Positions 1 through 11,707 of a stretch of DNA of 64,000 bases are shown in pieces. The stretch lies in contig AP026162.1 in assembly GCA_030295235.1 (NCBI GenBank), forward strand, positions 248,001 through 312,000, in the 5' to 3' direction. Position 1 is the first letter of the stretch. Every line of letters begins with the position of its first letter. A model generated the notes under the pieces. The model searched no databases, was not told the DNA's origin, and saw only the letters and a list, made by a program, of their open reading frames with translations. Made by a program: the position numbers and the translations under genes. This DNA comes from Fistulifera solaris. Lineage: Eukaryota.

Positions 1-633
1 TCCTTTGACGCCTCGCATGGGTAGGTTCTCAATCTCTCGCTCTACACGCTCCAAATCAAGCATGAGGTCCTGCATCCAGAGTGTACAGCGTTTTCCTACC
101 GTCGTGAGTTGAGCAGGCTGGTAATGAGTGAACCCCAGCGTCGGTAAATCTTTGTACTTGAGAGCAAACTCCTTAAGTGTGGCTAGGACTTTTACCAACT
201 TTCGCTTGATAAGCTGCAACCCTTCGCGAAGTTGCACAAGATCGGTGTTGTCGCCAACAAAGCAGGAAGTGGCTCCAAGATGAATTACTGGCATTGCCTT
301 TGGAGCTTGAGATCCAAAAGCGTGGACATGACCCATGACATCGTGACGAAATTCTGCTTCCTTTTTGGCCGCCACTTCAAAGTCAACATCGTAGATATGA
401 TTGCGCATCTCTTCTAGTTGTTCGTCAGAAATATCTAAGCCTAATTCCTTCTCAGCTGTTGCAAGAGCCGTCCACAACTTTCTCCACGTTGTGAACTTCA
501 TCGCAGGAGACCAGACAAACGACATCTCCTTGGTAGCGTACCTCTCCACGAGTGGATGCTCATATTTGCGTTGATCAAGGAGAGCATCCTCGGGAAAAGT
601 GGCCGCTACTTCTAAAAACTTGTCGGCGTTCAT
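1..633 (-). CDS. ADSL: Adenylosuccinate lyase, N-terminal part (runs off the window start; absent from the ORF track)
   Basis: Manual translation from ATG at 633: MNADKF...YEHPLVERYATKEM...FRHDVMGHVHAF...IHLGATSCFVGDNTD...TLGFTHYQPAQLTTVGKR...MRGVKG, which are the canonical eukaryotic ADSL motifs. Confidence 0.95.
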   Translation of the reverse strand, partial: MNADKFLEVAATFPEDALLDQRKYEHPLVERYATKEMSFVWSPAMKFTTWRKLWTALATAEKELGLDISDEQLEEMRNHIYDVDFEVAAKKEAEFRHDVMGHVHAFGSQAPKAMPVIHLGATSCFVGDNTDLVQLREGLQLIKRKLVKVLATLKEFALKYKDLPTLGFTHYQPAQLTTVGKRCTLWMQDLMLDLERVEREIENLPMRGVKG

Positions 634-1443
634 TTAACGGCAACTTTACTTGGGATGTGCGAATTAAAAAGCTTTTAGGCATCGATAAACGACAAGGCAG
701 CTCTTCGACTTGGCGAAGAAAAATAATGGTTGTCGTTGTTCGTTGTCTGCAAGATTTTTTTCTTGGACGACTTTTGACCGTGGATTAACGACGGATGGAC
801 GATCCAAGAGTCAGTCAGGCAAGCGCAAGAGCCTGGAGTCCCGAACATCGCATCAAAAGAATCAAGAATGACGTCATAAAAATCTGTTCTTCTTTATTCT
901 TCGTGGTGTTGAGTATGCAGTAAGAAGTAGTGAATTTTGTGCGCATGTGGCAGTGGCAGGTGGCAGCCGACTGTCGGTACTCGGTACTGAATATTGGGTC
1001 GTGTGAACGCAAATCTTTCTGAGTACCTGGTACTGTATCTTCTAAGGTGTAGGTGGGGTAGGTGGTATGCGCTGTCCAGTGTACTAATTTGTATCCATAA
1101 GTGACAAAAGAAAAAGAACGCTAACTGATACTTACAGTCATTATGTAGCAACGCCGTCACACCACGTAAGAAACCACGACCACAGAAACAAATACAGTAG
1201 TTTAAGTTGTAGAAACCGTAGTTGTGATTCATTGATAGTGAAGTACTTCGTACTTTTCCTGTTTCTGAAACCAGAACTTCGACTTCAAGCGATGATTTTT
1301 TGGCTGACGAAATGCGAAACCATTCATAGCACGCGACAGAAACGAATGACCTGCTGACTGCCGAAGAAAGATACAAGTGCTTTGTTCATTCGCTGCTTGC
1401 TTCATCGCAGCTTTGATAGGTATGAGAGAGCAGTCATACCACT

Positions 1444-2499
1444 ATGATGGATTTTGATCGACGCGAGGACGCTGCAACGCCGCTGGATTGGGTATCGAGC
1501 ACGGAAGATTTGGATGATTTGAAAATAGATATTTTTCCGGATCAAACGCCAGGCGAGGAGCTGGAAGAAAACAAGCAAGAAGTGGTTCCGGAGAGTGATG
1601 CAGAAGAAAGTGGAAGTCGTAAGCGACGCTGTGGGAAAAGACCTAATGTACGCGCTCAGCGAAGGAAGAAGAAGCCGGCTGGCTTACCGAAGCGCCCATT
1701 GAGCGCCTACAATCTTTTCTTCCAGGAAGAACGCTTGAAAATACAACGAGAATTTCCATCGAAGGTAGGATTCAATGATTTCGGGAAAATCATTGGGTCT
1801 AGGTGGAAAGAGTTGAGTGACGATGATCGTCAGAAATACAATGAACTCGCAAACGAAGATACCGCTCGTTATCAGAAGGAAATGAATCTGATCAAGTTGT
1901 CAAACAAGCGCAAAAAAGAAGAAACTCAACAACAAGAAAAAAGCAACGATAAGGATAATCCTATATCCTGGGCGACTTCGCTCTTGGAAGAGGCAAATGC
2001 TGTGCAATCGAAAGACTCGGCACAAAATGAACCTCGCGCATCTGACGATCAAGAACCGCAACAAGGGCAACCAGACCCACAGCGTACTCCATGGGGTCAC
2101 CCGGTCAATTTGGTGAACTCTACTTGCCAGTACCTACCATTTGGGCCGCACTTTAGGTCGCAGCCCAGCTTTCCCGTTCCTCCTGGAATGGAAATCAACT
2201 TGGCAGATGCAAGCGGACGCGAACGCAAATACATGGTTCGATACAAAGTCTATTCAATGAGACGGAATGAAGCAGAGAGCTTTATTGCGTCTTTTAATAA
2301 TGTGGAAAGATCACCAGAAAAGCAGTTTCAAGGTGCTAATCCAGGTCTTTGGCACGAGATAATGACGCGCCATCATCCTCATGCACATCCAAACTATCCT
2401 GCCGGCCCAAAACACGATGGCCAGAGGTAAGTTATTGCAATTCATGTTATTCGAATAGCCGAAAACTCACATCGTTTTGTTTATTGTAGGCTATGGTAA
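1444..2499 (+). CDS. HMG-box DNA-binding protein
   Basis: PKRPLSAYNLFFQEER...IGSRWKELSDDDRQKYNELA is an HMG box. A probable intron 2427-2489 (GTAAGT..CTCAC..TAG) leads to a tiny last exon (R-L-W-stop). Confidence 0.85.
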
Positions 2500-3007
2500 A
2501 ACTTTAATTTCTGCCGGTAATTTACTCTTTTGCCTTCTTCGTTTCATGCGATAAATGGTATATGTGAAGTGTAAAATATTTTGTACTCTTTGCTTTCCCA
2601 TTTCCCTTCAGATCGACGTTCAATGAATGTTAATAAATTTCCTAGTTCATGTTAAGTTTTAACGAATAGCACTATTTATGATCTAGACTATTATTCGTAA
2701 AATGTTCTCAACCATAGCTGCTGGTTTTTGCTGATTAGCTGTTGTTGTCGTAAAAGGTACACAAAGTGTTGCCAGTTGCCAGGTTAGATTAGTAGCATGC
2801 CATACAGGATTGGTTTGAATCACGAAACGAGATGAGGAGAAAATATTACTCCGTATAAAAAGTGCCCTATGATCTTCGTTATTGCTGCTGAGCCCACTAT
2901 TTGGGCCATTATTTGGTAATACTACAAACGATACTAACCCGCTCTAGTAGCAAAGGTGATATTGCTCGTCGTACGATTTGTTCGGAAACAGAAGTTGATA
3001 GTCAAAA

Positions 3008-3469
3008 ATGAGCGAACACAATCTACCAGTCACAGCCGAACCACCCATGTCGGAAAATTCCGCTGCCGCTGCAAATAATCTCCCCGACAACCGCTTCGAG
3101 TTAGAACTTGAATTTGTTCAAGCTCTTGCATCACCAGCGTACATTCATTTCCTGGCAACCACGCGATCAGAAACAGGCGACGGTCCCATCTTGCAAGATG
3201 CTGCCTTTATCAGTTTCCTGAAATACCTACGCAGGACGTGGAGCCAGCCCGAATACAGCCGCTTTCTGACATATCCGCACTGCCTTTATTTCTTAAACAT
3301 GCTGATTGAAAAGCCTCTGTCATTGAAGGAGTGGACATTACCAGCCTACCGGAACTTTTGCCATCAACAACAATTTTTGAGCTGGCAACACCGACACAGG
3401 GTTTGCTATGGACGAGGATCCGCCCCAGCTCCACAACCGGAGAAGACAACTGATGATAATCAATCTTAA
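3008..3469 (+). CDS. MED31: Mediator subunit 31 (SOH1 family)
   Basis: RFELELEFVQALASPAYIHFLA...FLKYLR...W..PEY.RFLTYPHCLYFL signature. Confidence 0.93.
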   Translation: MSEHNLPVTAEPPMSENSAAAANNLPDNRFELELEFVQALASPAYIHFLATTRSETGDGPILQDAAFISFLKYLRRTWSQPEYSRFLTYPHCLYFLNMLIEKPLSLKEWTLPAYRNFCHQQQFLSWQHRHRVCYGRGSAPAPQPEKTTDDNQS

Positions 3470-4171
3470 GTTAGGTGAAATTGCTGAGATCAATTATGCA
3501 CCCTAACAATGCATGGGTTTGATGTCAAGATTAAAACTGTTCTTTTTCGATTCGGTTTCTGGTTTGAAGGATCGACTGCCGACTGTCGAGGGATCGATTC
3601 ACCGCACGTCAGAGCCAAAGCTTTATCAAAAAATGAAACTTTATCATCATTTATGAAAAGCCACGATCACGAGAACGTAGCTAAGTCTGGAATAGACACT
3701 AGGCAGAAAAATTCATGTTCTCAATTTCTTTACAGGATTACTGGACAAATGTGCGACAAGAAAAACGATTTGCCTGTCGTTGATGTATAGAATCACTCCT
3801 CATTCTTTCATTATTCGTTGCTTTATATTCATCTTTTATCATTCATCATGCTTATTCCCTAGCTCCAGCGCCCCGTTCGTGATACGCAAGGGGCAAAGGG
3901 TATAAATCCGTACACAATACATCTATACTGCGTACATCAAGGAAAGCGTGACTTATTGTGACGGAAAGTGCACCAATTGGAGGCGCATCACTCACCTCAC
4001 AACAATAAACGCTGACAACTGCTGGCATCAAACCAAAGCTGAGAGTGATTACTTTCAAAGTAGTTTGCCCACTTATCATCGTCTTCACGAAGGAGCGACA
4101 GGTAATGGCTTCATCATCGCTACGTCGATAGCTGACAATCACATCACAATCGTCTATTAAAAAAAACAATT

Positions 4172-4717
4172 ATGAAACACAGTCTCGCATTCCGACTTTT
4201 TGTCTGGCTATTCGTTACGCGAACTTCTGCATTTACCAGAAAAGACATGATTATTCGATTATCACTGGTCACGCCAACAAAATCATCAATCTCTCTCGAT
4301 GCCAAAGCCAAGCTACGTTATCGAGATGCCGAAGAAATGCTGCAGATACTACAGCGCGACGATTCATCACTGATTGTACTGTTATTCACTGCCGTTAATT
4401 GCGGCCCTTGTCGCTTACAGAAGCGAGAGTTGCAGCGACTCAACGATGCACGTAAAAGTAAACTGGAGCAGATTGCTGGTTCGCAAGAGATGCACTCTCA
4501 CAGCTTAGAACGCGAACTGGACCGACTGCCACTCAAGGTTCTCACCATCGATACCGAGCGATGGCCTCATGTGGGCTCCAAATTTCAAATTGGGAAGCTC
4601 CCGTGCCTTTTCCTTTTTCGTGGTAGTGAAACGATTCAAAGACTGGAGGGGCTAGTCAGTGCGGAAGAAATTTGGAAGCACGTAGAGGAATATCATCACC
4701 CTTCCGATGGGTCGTAG
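4172..4717 (+). CDS. Thioredoxin-domain protein, probably plastid-targeted
   Basis: CGPC active site, KIDTE-like strand and IGKLPCLFLF cis-Pro region. The N-terminal signal peptide ends in TSAF. Confidence 0.8.
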   Translation: MKHSLAFRLFVWLFVTRTSAFTRKDMIIRLSLVTPTKSSISLDAKAKLRYRDAEEMLQILQRDDSSLIVLLFTAVNCGPCRLQKRELQRLNDARKSKLEQIAGSQEMHSHSLERELDRLPLKVLTIDTERWPHVGSKFQIGKLPCLFLFRGSETIQRLEGLVSAEEIWKHVEEYHHPSDGS

Positions 4718-4977
4718 CCAACGGAGCCCCTGATGTATGCGACAAGCAATCAAGCGAATTCGCCTCTCCGCCCCTTCTGCTACGAACATGGGTTCTTGCG
4801 CTAATAGGATTTCCCTTTTGGTAGACACAGTACCGATACATGATACTTGACCCTCACTTGACAGATGTATGTAAACTAAAAACAAATTACAAACGACTTT
4901 CGCTTCGTCTTATAGTTGTTTGTAAACAAATGAGATTCTAAGTAAGTTATAACTAAAAGATGACAGTCTACTAAGAT

Positions 4978-7900
4978 CTAGAAGATTTCTTTCAAAGTGA
5001 ATTTCTTTCCATTCTTTGCCGCTTCTTCAAAAGCTGCTTTGGAGCTCACGACTGCGATAGAGGGATTGCTGAGCTTCTTGAGACGCTCAGCAAACTCCCT
5101 AAAGTCACTGGGTTTAGTGGCGAGAATTTCATCGCGAATTCGTTGACGATGCTCGGGGCTTTCATTAATAATCCATCGTTGGAACTGCGTACTACCTTTC
5201 TGATCGGGGCTGAGGGCGCCGTCCAAATCACCAATAGTACCAATGATTGCCGTGGCTAGCGCTTCCGGATCGTTCTCTAGTGTGTCTGCTACCGAGAGAA
5301 GATAATCGGCCGCAGCGTCGTACACGTCTAGCGTTTTGTGCAAATTGGGATCACGGTAACTCAAGAAGGAGAAGAAGCCGGAGAATGGGGAGAAGGTACA
5401 GAACCCACCGTACGCACCTAAATATTGTTGTTAGCGACCACCTTTGAATCACAATGACAAGAAAACAAATAAACCTACCTCCCATGACGCGAACATGATC
5501 CCACAAATAACCCGTGCGCAAAAATCGTGATACGACCTGGGCGCTACCAGGCACTCTTTCTCCTTCTTTGAAAAGCAAACCCGCCTTGCCTACATACGAA
5601 ACCTGAGTGGGAACGATGAAACCTTCGCTTGTTTCCGAGGAAAGCTCTGCCATGCGTTTCTTTGCCTCTGGAACCCAAGGATGAACTTCTTTGTAAAAAT
5701 CGGTCAGTTTTTCGCCGCTGGCATCCCCTGGAAGCGTGTCAAGGAAGCTGTCGAGCGACGGTTTGATCGTATCCAACACTTTCTTCTCACCGGTAATGTC
5801 GACCAGCATTCCGCTCCGACACGTTCTTTCATTGAGAATCGTCTTGCGTAGATTCTCGAAGCGATTGAGCAACGCGGGCCAGTCGTCTTCCGCTAACTTA
5901 ATCAAGCTCTTGACAGTGTTAAGATACGACACTCCACCCGTAATCTCGTCAACGTATCCTCCTACTCGATAACGTGCTTTCATTCTAGTATTGGCAACTG
6001 AATGACCCGATCTCTGCGCGCTGGATTCCAAGCGAGATCTAGACTCTTTGAGTAGCTCAACAACCTTCGCCTTCGAATCCAGGCGTGCGTCCGTCAGCAT
6101 AAGATTGAAGAGTAAAAACAACTTATCAATCTTTTCGCTAGTAGCTTTTCCAGAGATGACGATTTTTGTTTGCATATTTTCTCCCGACGCTGATACGCTT
6201 TCGTCTGCGCCTCTGGGGTAGACCGCGGTAGTCATAAGACCAACACTAATGCCACCCGTATGAGTTCCTAAACAAAAGAGAACAATTCGTAAGTCTTCGT
6301 CTGCCTTAACAATTTATAAAATCCATCAGCAGTCCAACTTACCAATTTCTCTGCTGAGTTGAACAGAGTCGTAATCTCCCGCTCCGGTCTCTTTCATTAA
6401 TTTGGTAAAAATTGGAAGAAGAGGAACGTCATCGAGAGAAAGAGACGACAAGTCAACCGCCAAGCTTACGTATGCAATCCCAGAGGTAGATACAAGCTCA
6501 TGTCGAACCACGGTCACGCCCGAATTATTTTCGTTTTCGGAAACAGCGATCGGGTATTCCGCTTGTTCACGCTTCAAGTCGCTGAGTTCTAGACTCGGAA
6601 TAGTTGCGCGATCTTCTGGAGAATCGTCAGCACTCTGAAGAGCGAGGAGCTTGTTTGTCTCGTCAATGATCTTGTCAAGATCAGAGTCCGACAGCGATTC
6701 CTTGATGGATGACAATCGACGTTTTTCGTCTTCGGCCTGTTCTTCTTCGAGTGTCTTTGATGGTGCCAACTCAACGGTCGTACGATGCATGTTCTCGACT
6801 AACATTTCTTTCACCATGTCCTGAAATATTTTCGACCCGGATGTTGCAATCTCATCTTTGAGTTGTTGCAAAGGCTCTTCAAATTTCAACGCATCGGTCG
6901 GAGATTCTTCGTACAACCATTTGCTCATGGACCCTAGCATGAAACTCAATCCCTTAGGAAACGAACCAGTATTGAATTCACGAAGACTGAACTCAATGGT
7001 GTTCAAGGACGAAGCAATGTCATCCTCCGTGAATCCTTCCTCCGATACTTTTCGCAACGTGTCGAGAATCAAATCTTCGACTTTCGACACATCGTCTTTA
7101 GCTACTCCCTTTAGACCAATCATAAAAACAGCTTGCAGCAATTCATCCGACAAACCACCTCCAGTAATTGCATCACCCAATCCACTTTCCATCAGCGTCT
7201 TGCGCAATACGGACGACGTCGTTCCTGTCAATAAATGATCTAAAACTCCCAACGTGAGTTCTTCTAGAGCACTCAACGGACGGTCGTTCAACAACCAATT
7301 GATCGAAAGAGAATGCGTCTCTGGCTGATCCCCACCCGCCGGGTAATACTCGACGGTTCGTTGAGGCTCTGTGTATCGTTTCGGCTGCCATTCAATACGA
7401 CTATCATCGACCGTCTCCGGAGCCGCATCAAACTCCCGGAGGTATTCATCCATCAGCTCCAGTCGCTGAAGAACATCATCATCTCCGGAAAAGTAGATGC
7501 GCGAGTTGGATGGGTGATAGAAGCGACTGTGAAAATCGACAAACTGATCAAAGGTCAGATTTGGAATCACGGTGGGGTCACCGCCACTATCGACGGCGTA
7601 GGTGTTGTCGGGGAAGATCGACCGCTGTGCCGAGCGCATCAACAATGAGTCGGGCGACGAGTAGACACCCTTCATTTCGTTGTACACGACACCCTTGTAA
7701 ACCAAAGGCTCCTCTTTGTCTTGCAATTCTAAATGGTGACCTTCTTGTGCCAAGACCATCGGATCCTTGATGGCCCTGGGATGGAAGACCGCATCGGCGT
7801 AAACGTTAATGAGATTGTAAAAGTCCTTGGTGTTCTGACTCGCCACGACGTAGCAAGTGCGATCGGGGTAAGTGAATGCGTTCAAGAACGTCTGCAAAGA

Positions 7901-8416
7901 ACCTTTGAGTAAATGCACAAAAGGGTCTTTGGTCGTATATTTCCGACTCCCGCACAAAACAGAATGCTCCAAGATGTGAGCGATTCCAGTCCCATCTTCT
8001 GGGGGTGTTCGCAAGGTAATACCGAATACTTTGTTATCATCTTCCGTCGACACCGACAACAATTGCGCTCCACTCTTTTTGTGGCGAAACAAGGAGCAGT
8101 AAGCTCCGTACTCGGTCACCACATCGCGTTTCAGCACTTCATAGGCAGGATGCGTCACTTCGAGAGTCTTGGCGAGTTTGTCCGTTGCCAACTCGGTGTC
8201 ATCGGCGACACTCGCCCGCAAAATAGAGAGTTCTCGCTGGATAGCACCGCCTCTTTGAAAGGGACGAGCAAAAATGTGCTGTTTTGGCTTGGCCGGAGTC
8301 ACGGACGAAAAGGCGGACACCGCCCAAAGTGCGCTTCGTCCTCGACTCGCGATACCGAACACAGCAATCATGGTGGTGGCGACCAAACTGTTGATACGCA
8401 AAATCCGAGTGTACAT
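4978..8416 (-). CDS. PREP: Presequence protease (M16C metallopeptidase, PreP/PITRM1 family)
   Basis: HILEH zinc motif, TFLNAFTYPDRTCY, GVVYNEMKG, SYRDPN. Introns 6268-6342 and 5418-5478 restore IGTHTGG and VMGGAYGGF. Confidence 0.95.
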
Positions 8417-8787
8417 GAATTCGAACTGTGATGTAGTAGTAATGCTTTTTCAGCAACAAATAATGCAACGTTGCAATTATCGCTTTATCGTTTCAATCAA
8501 TGTCAATCGATTGTTAGGCAAAGTGAATGAGATAAATGCCACGAGATACTTGTTGCGTTGACGCAGTTCACGGAAGAATCGTCTTTCTGATAGATCTGAT
8601 TCGATTGTTGTGGAATATTCGTTGTCGTCAGCACAATGTTTTCATTGTTGACAGCAATACGATTCGAACAGCAGACGAAAAAAAAAAAACGGATGACGAA
8701 GCAACACTCACTCATCGCGTGCTATTTACTGTATTTATTTTGCGCATGTTTCACGGTGCGACACAAGTTCTCATAGTGAATCCAAGC

Positions 8788-9101
8788 TAGACATGTGGCT
8801 TTTTCACTGTAACTTGCAACTTCACTTGAGCACCTGAAGTTTACTTTACTTTCACTTTACTTGAGACTTCGGTGAGTTCACTTGAAGTACCAAACCTACG
8901 TAAATGTACGTAGGACTGCGTAGATTAGGGATGAGAGGGAAAGGGCTAACTTTCACAAGCTCTGTGCGACACTCTTTTGTACACAAAACACTATAGTCAA
9001 TCATTACCGCTTAGTACACTTTAAACTGCAAACTTCACTTGAAGGCCAGTGACTTTACTTTCACTTGACTTTCACGAAAATTTTGAAAAGTCACATGTCT
9101 A
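8788..9101. mobile_element. hAT-type MITE (314 bp)
   Basis: TIRs TAGACATGTGGCTTTT and AAAAGTCACATGTCTA. Perfect 8-bp target-site duplication ATCCAAGC at 8780-8787 and 9102-9109. Internal ACTTCACTTGA and CTTTACTTTCACTT repeats. No ORF. Confidence 0.85.
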
Positions 9102-9300
9102 ATCCAAGCAGTAAAAGCAACCTTAACCTTAGCCACTAAAGATACATAGAGACATTCATGATTCATTCATGATACCAGGTACCTAATGTGCAGAGAATAC
9201 CGCAGACCGCACACTAGAACAATGATAAAATACGAAGTAATGGAAAGAAAAAACCTGCCATTATGTTATTCTTACTGCGCAATCGACTCGAAACCCTCGA

Positions 9301-10908
9301 TTATCGCCGATTCAAGCGTCGACTCGCGGATGTTGACTTCTTCTTCGGCGTCGTGGGAGTTATTCCAGCGGGAGATGTAAAGCCCAGGCCACTCGGAGCG
9401 GGTGCATTGCTGGCCCCAAACGAAGTCGCACCACCGAACAGAGCCGGTGCGGGAGATGGTCCCGACGCAGCAGGGGCAGGAGTTGACCCACTGAACGAAA
9501 ATGCCGAAGTACCCGAAGTGGATGGTGCTGGTGCAGTTGTCGTAGTAGAAAAGGCACTGGGCGCTGGAGCTGTAGAAGAAAAGCCAAAGCTTGACGTGGC
9601 TGGTGCCGATGCCGTGGACGATGATGCGGTTGCAGGAGCCGGCGTCTGAGCCGATTGCAAATATGCTCGCCGAAGTCGCTCATTCACTCGCTGCTGTCGA
9701 TCAATTTCTTCCTTTCTCGCCTTTTCCAACACATTCTGCCCCGGTCGCTCATACAACTGGTACTTATGGCGAATCTCATTTACGGCCGAACTCAAACGCG
9801 CCAAACGGTCACCCATGGACCAAATCGCCCGATGCTGTTCTTCGACAATGACAGCAACATGGATACCAGATCCCGAAGGTCGGGTTCGCGAGTGCTCTAT
9901 CTGATGCCGAGCCAGTGACAGCTGATCTTGTAAATCCAAAATACGGCGCTGAAAATCATCGAGGCATTGCCAGAAGTATGGACTGGGCATTCGCTCAATA
10001 CGGTCGACATGCAGCGTTGCCTGATCGAGTAATTCACCCAAACGGATACTGATATCGGTCTCTTCATTTTGATTCGCGTTAGTAGTGGTTTCTCCGTCCT
10101 TTTTCTCTTCATTCGCAATTGTGCTCGTCGTAGATAAGGAAATGCCGTGACGAACGGCATTCGCCTCTAAAGGCCACTTGGCAAACGTATAAGCCGCAGC
10201 AGCATTTTCTTCCGCTGTTGATTTCTGCTTTACGGCATATACATTCGTTTGAGCAAGTTCCTGTTGAAGTAGATTGAGCTCTTTTGTAACTTGTTCGACT
10301 TGTAGTTGTAGTTGAGACTTTGATGTTTCTTGCATCGTGGATTGTGAATTGTGACTGCTCGGCACTTGCAACGCCGCAGGGCCCGTCGACTGTACTTGCA
10401 GTAAGGTCCGTTTGTGCTCCATCATACTGTTGTATATCTTATCAATGGCCGCTTTGTATTGTGGGGACAAGTCCGAATACAACATACTGCCCTTGATTAG
10501 TGGAGTAGGTTGTTGCGCGGCCGGCTGAAGTGACCCAAAGGGAGCTGGTGCAGCACTGGGAGTAGAACCGAATAATCCTCCTCCTGAACCGAATCCGCCA
10601 GAAGGAGCAGCACCAAAAGCGGGTGCTGGAGTACTCCCAAAAGCCGGCGCCGGGGTGGACCCAAAGGTAGTAGCCGGAGAAGAACCGAATAGACTAGTGG
10701 TTGGAGCCCGAGCCGCTCCGAATGCTGTAGCAGGAGCCGGAGCGGACCCAAAGGCTGTAGCAGGAGCCGGAGTCGATCCAAACGCACTAGTAGATGAACC
10801 CGACGCACCAAAACCAAAGGAAGGAGCCGGTGTGTTTGAGGAAGAGCCAAACGAAAACCCACCTCCGGAAGGGGCGGATGTCGAAGCTGCACCGAAAGAG
10901 AAAGCCAT
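9301..10908 (-). CDS. FG-repeat nucleoporin with central coiled coil (Nup58/Nup49-like)
   Basis: N- and C-terminal FSFG/AFG repeats flank a coiled-coil core with PSPYF. The likely start is MAFSFG at 10908. Confidence 0.8.
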   Translation of the reverse strand: MAFSFGAASTSAPSGGGFSFGSSSNTPAPSFGFGASGSSTSAFGSTPAPATAFGSAPAPATAFGAARAPTTSLFGSSPATTFGSTPAPAFGSTPAPAFGAAPSGGFGSGGGLFGSTPSAAPAPFGSLQPAAQQPTPLIKGSMLYSDLSPQYKAAIDKIYNSMMEHKRTLLQVQSTGPAALQVPSSHNSQSTMQETSKSQLQLQVEQVTKELNLLQQELAQTNVYAVKQKSTAEENAAAAYTFAKWPLEANAVRHGISLSTTSTIANEEKKDGETTTNANQNEETDISIRLGELLDQATLHVDRIERMPSPYFWQCLDDFQRRILDLQDQLSLARHQIEHSRTRPSGSGIHVAVIVEEQHRAIWSMGDRLARLSSAVNEIRHKYQLYERPGQNVLEKARKEEIDRQQRVNERLRRAYLQSAQTPAPATASSSTASAPATSSFGFSSTAPAPSAFSTTTTAPAPSTSGTSAFSFSGSTPAPAASGPSPAPALFGGATSFGASNAPAPSGLGFTSPAGITPTTPKKKSTSASRRLNRR

Positions 10909-11324
10909 AATGAGGGATGCTAGAATTAGAAGCGCCGCTTTCACCGGCGTATCCTAAAGCTTAATTTTTAGTGTTTCGAGGTTTGATAAAAGGAAGGAAA
11001 TGCAGCTCCTTGCACATCACAACAAAATGATCGTTGTTTGCAGCCACAATAAAAACTTTCTTACCAGTTATTTGACGGCGGACGGCAAAACGGACACTAA
11101 CGTAGAAAGTACCCCACCTTGACCAAGATTGAGTTTTAGTTTTATCAATAATGAATCGACGTCTGGTCGCTTTCGTCGGCATCAATAATAACAGCAATAT
11201 AATAATGATGCTCCAAAATTGTTGACAGGTCCATTTGCATTGCGCTTATCGATCTTTTACGTTGCGAAACCTCATAAATTTGACATTTGTGGCGCACTAT
11301 GTCAAGAACGATTTTCTTTTGTAA

Positions 11325-11379
11325 TTTACTATAGCCCAAAGTGTATGCGACCTTTTCCATGACTGGATTTCAGTCATGA
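11325..11379 (+). promoter_or_regulatory. Solo copy of ~55-bp tripartite intergenic element (function unknown)
   Basis: TTTACTATAGCCCAAAGTG...CATGACTG-GATTT-CAGTCATGA, with 37 nt between ACTATA and CAGTCA. Confidence 0.6.
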
Positions 11380-11707
11380 GGTTCGATAATTTATCGTACC
11401 GGGAAAAAACATCTATGTGTAAATTAACACATGCCGAGTGCTATTCGCAAACACACTCGCAAACTGTTTCGCAACACTCGCAACGCTTCAAAAAAGGACA
11501 AAGACAAAATGAGGTGATTGCGGCGCATCACCTCTTCTATTCATTTTACCATACTTTATCAACACTGGTTGAAGGTCTAGTTAGCAACACACGTATTTGT
11601 CACTTACTGTAGTTGAGATTGGAAGAAGTTAAACGTCAACTACTCGGACAATAATATTAAGTATAACACAGGCACATTTTCGAGAGACTTTCGACGCACA
11701 ATTCATT

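Noticed and set aside
232..1376. Short ORFs 232-417, 552-788, 815-1012 and 894-1376
   Set aside because: The first two are antisense to ADSL. The others lack coding character and lie in the divergent promoter region.
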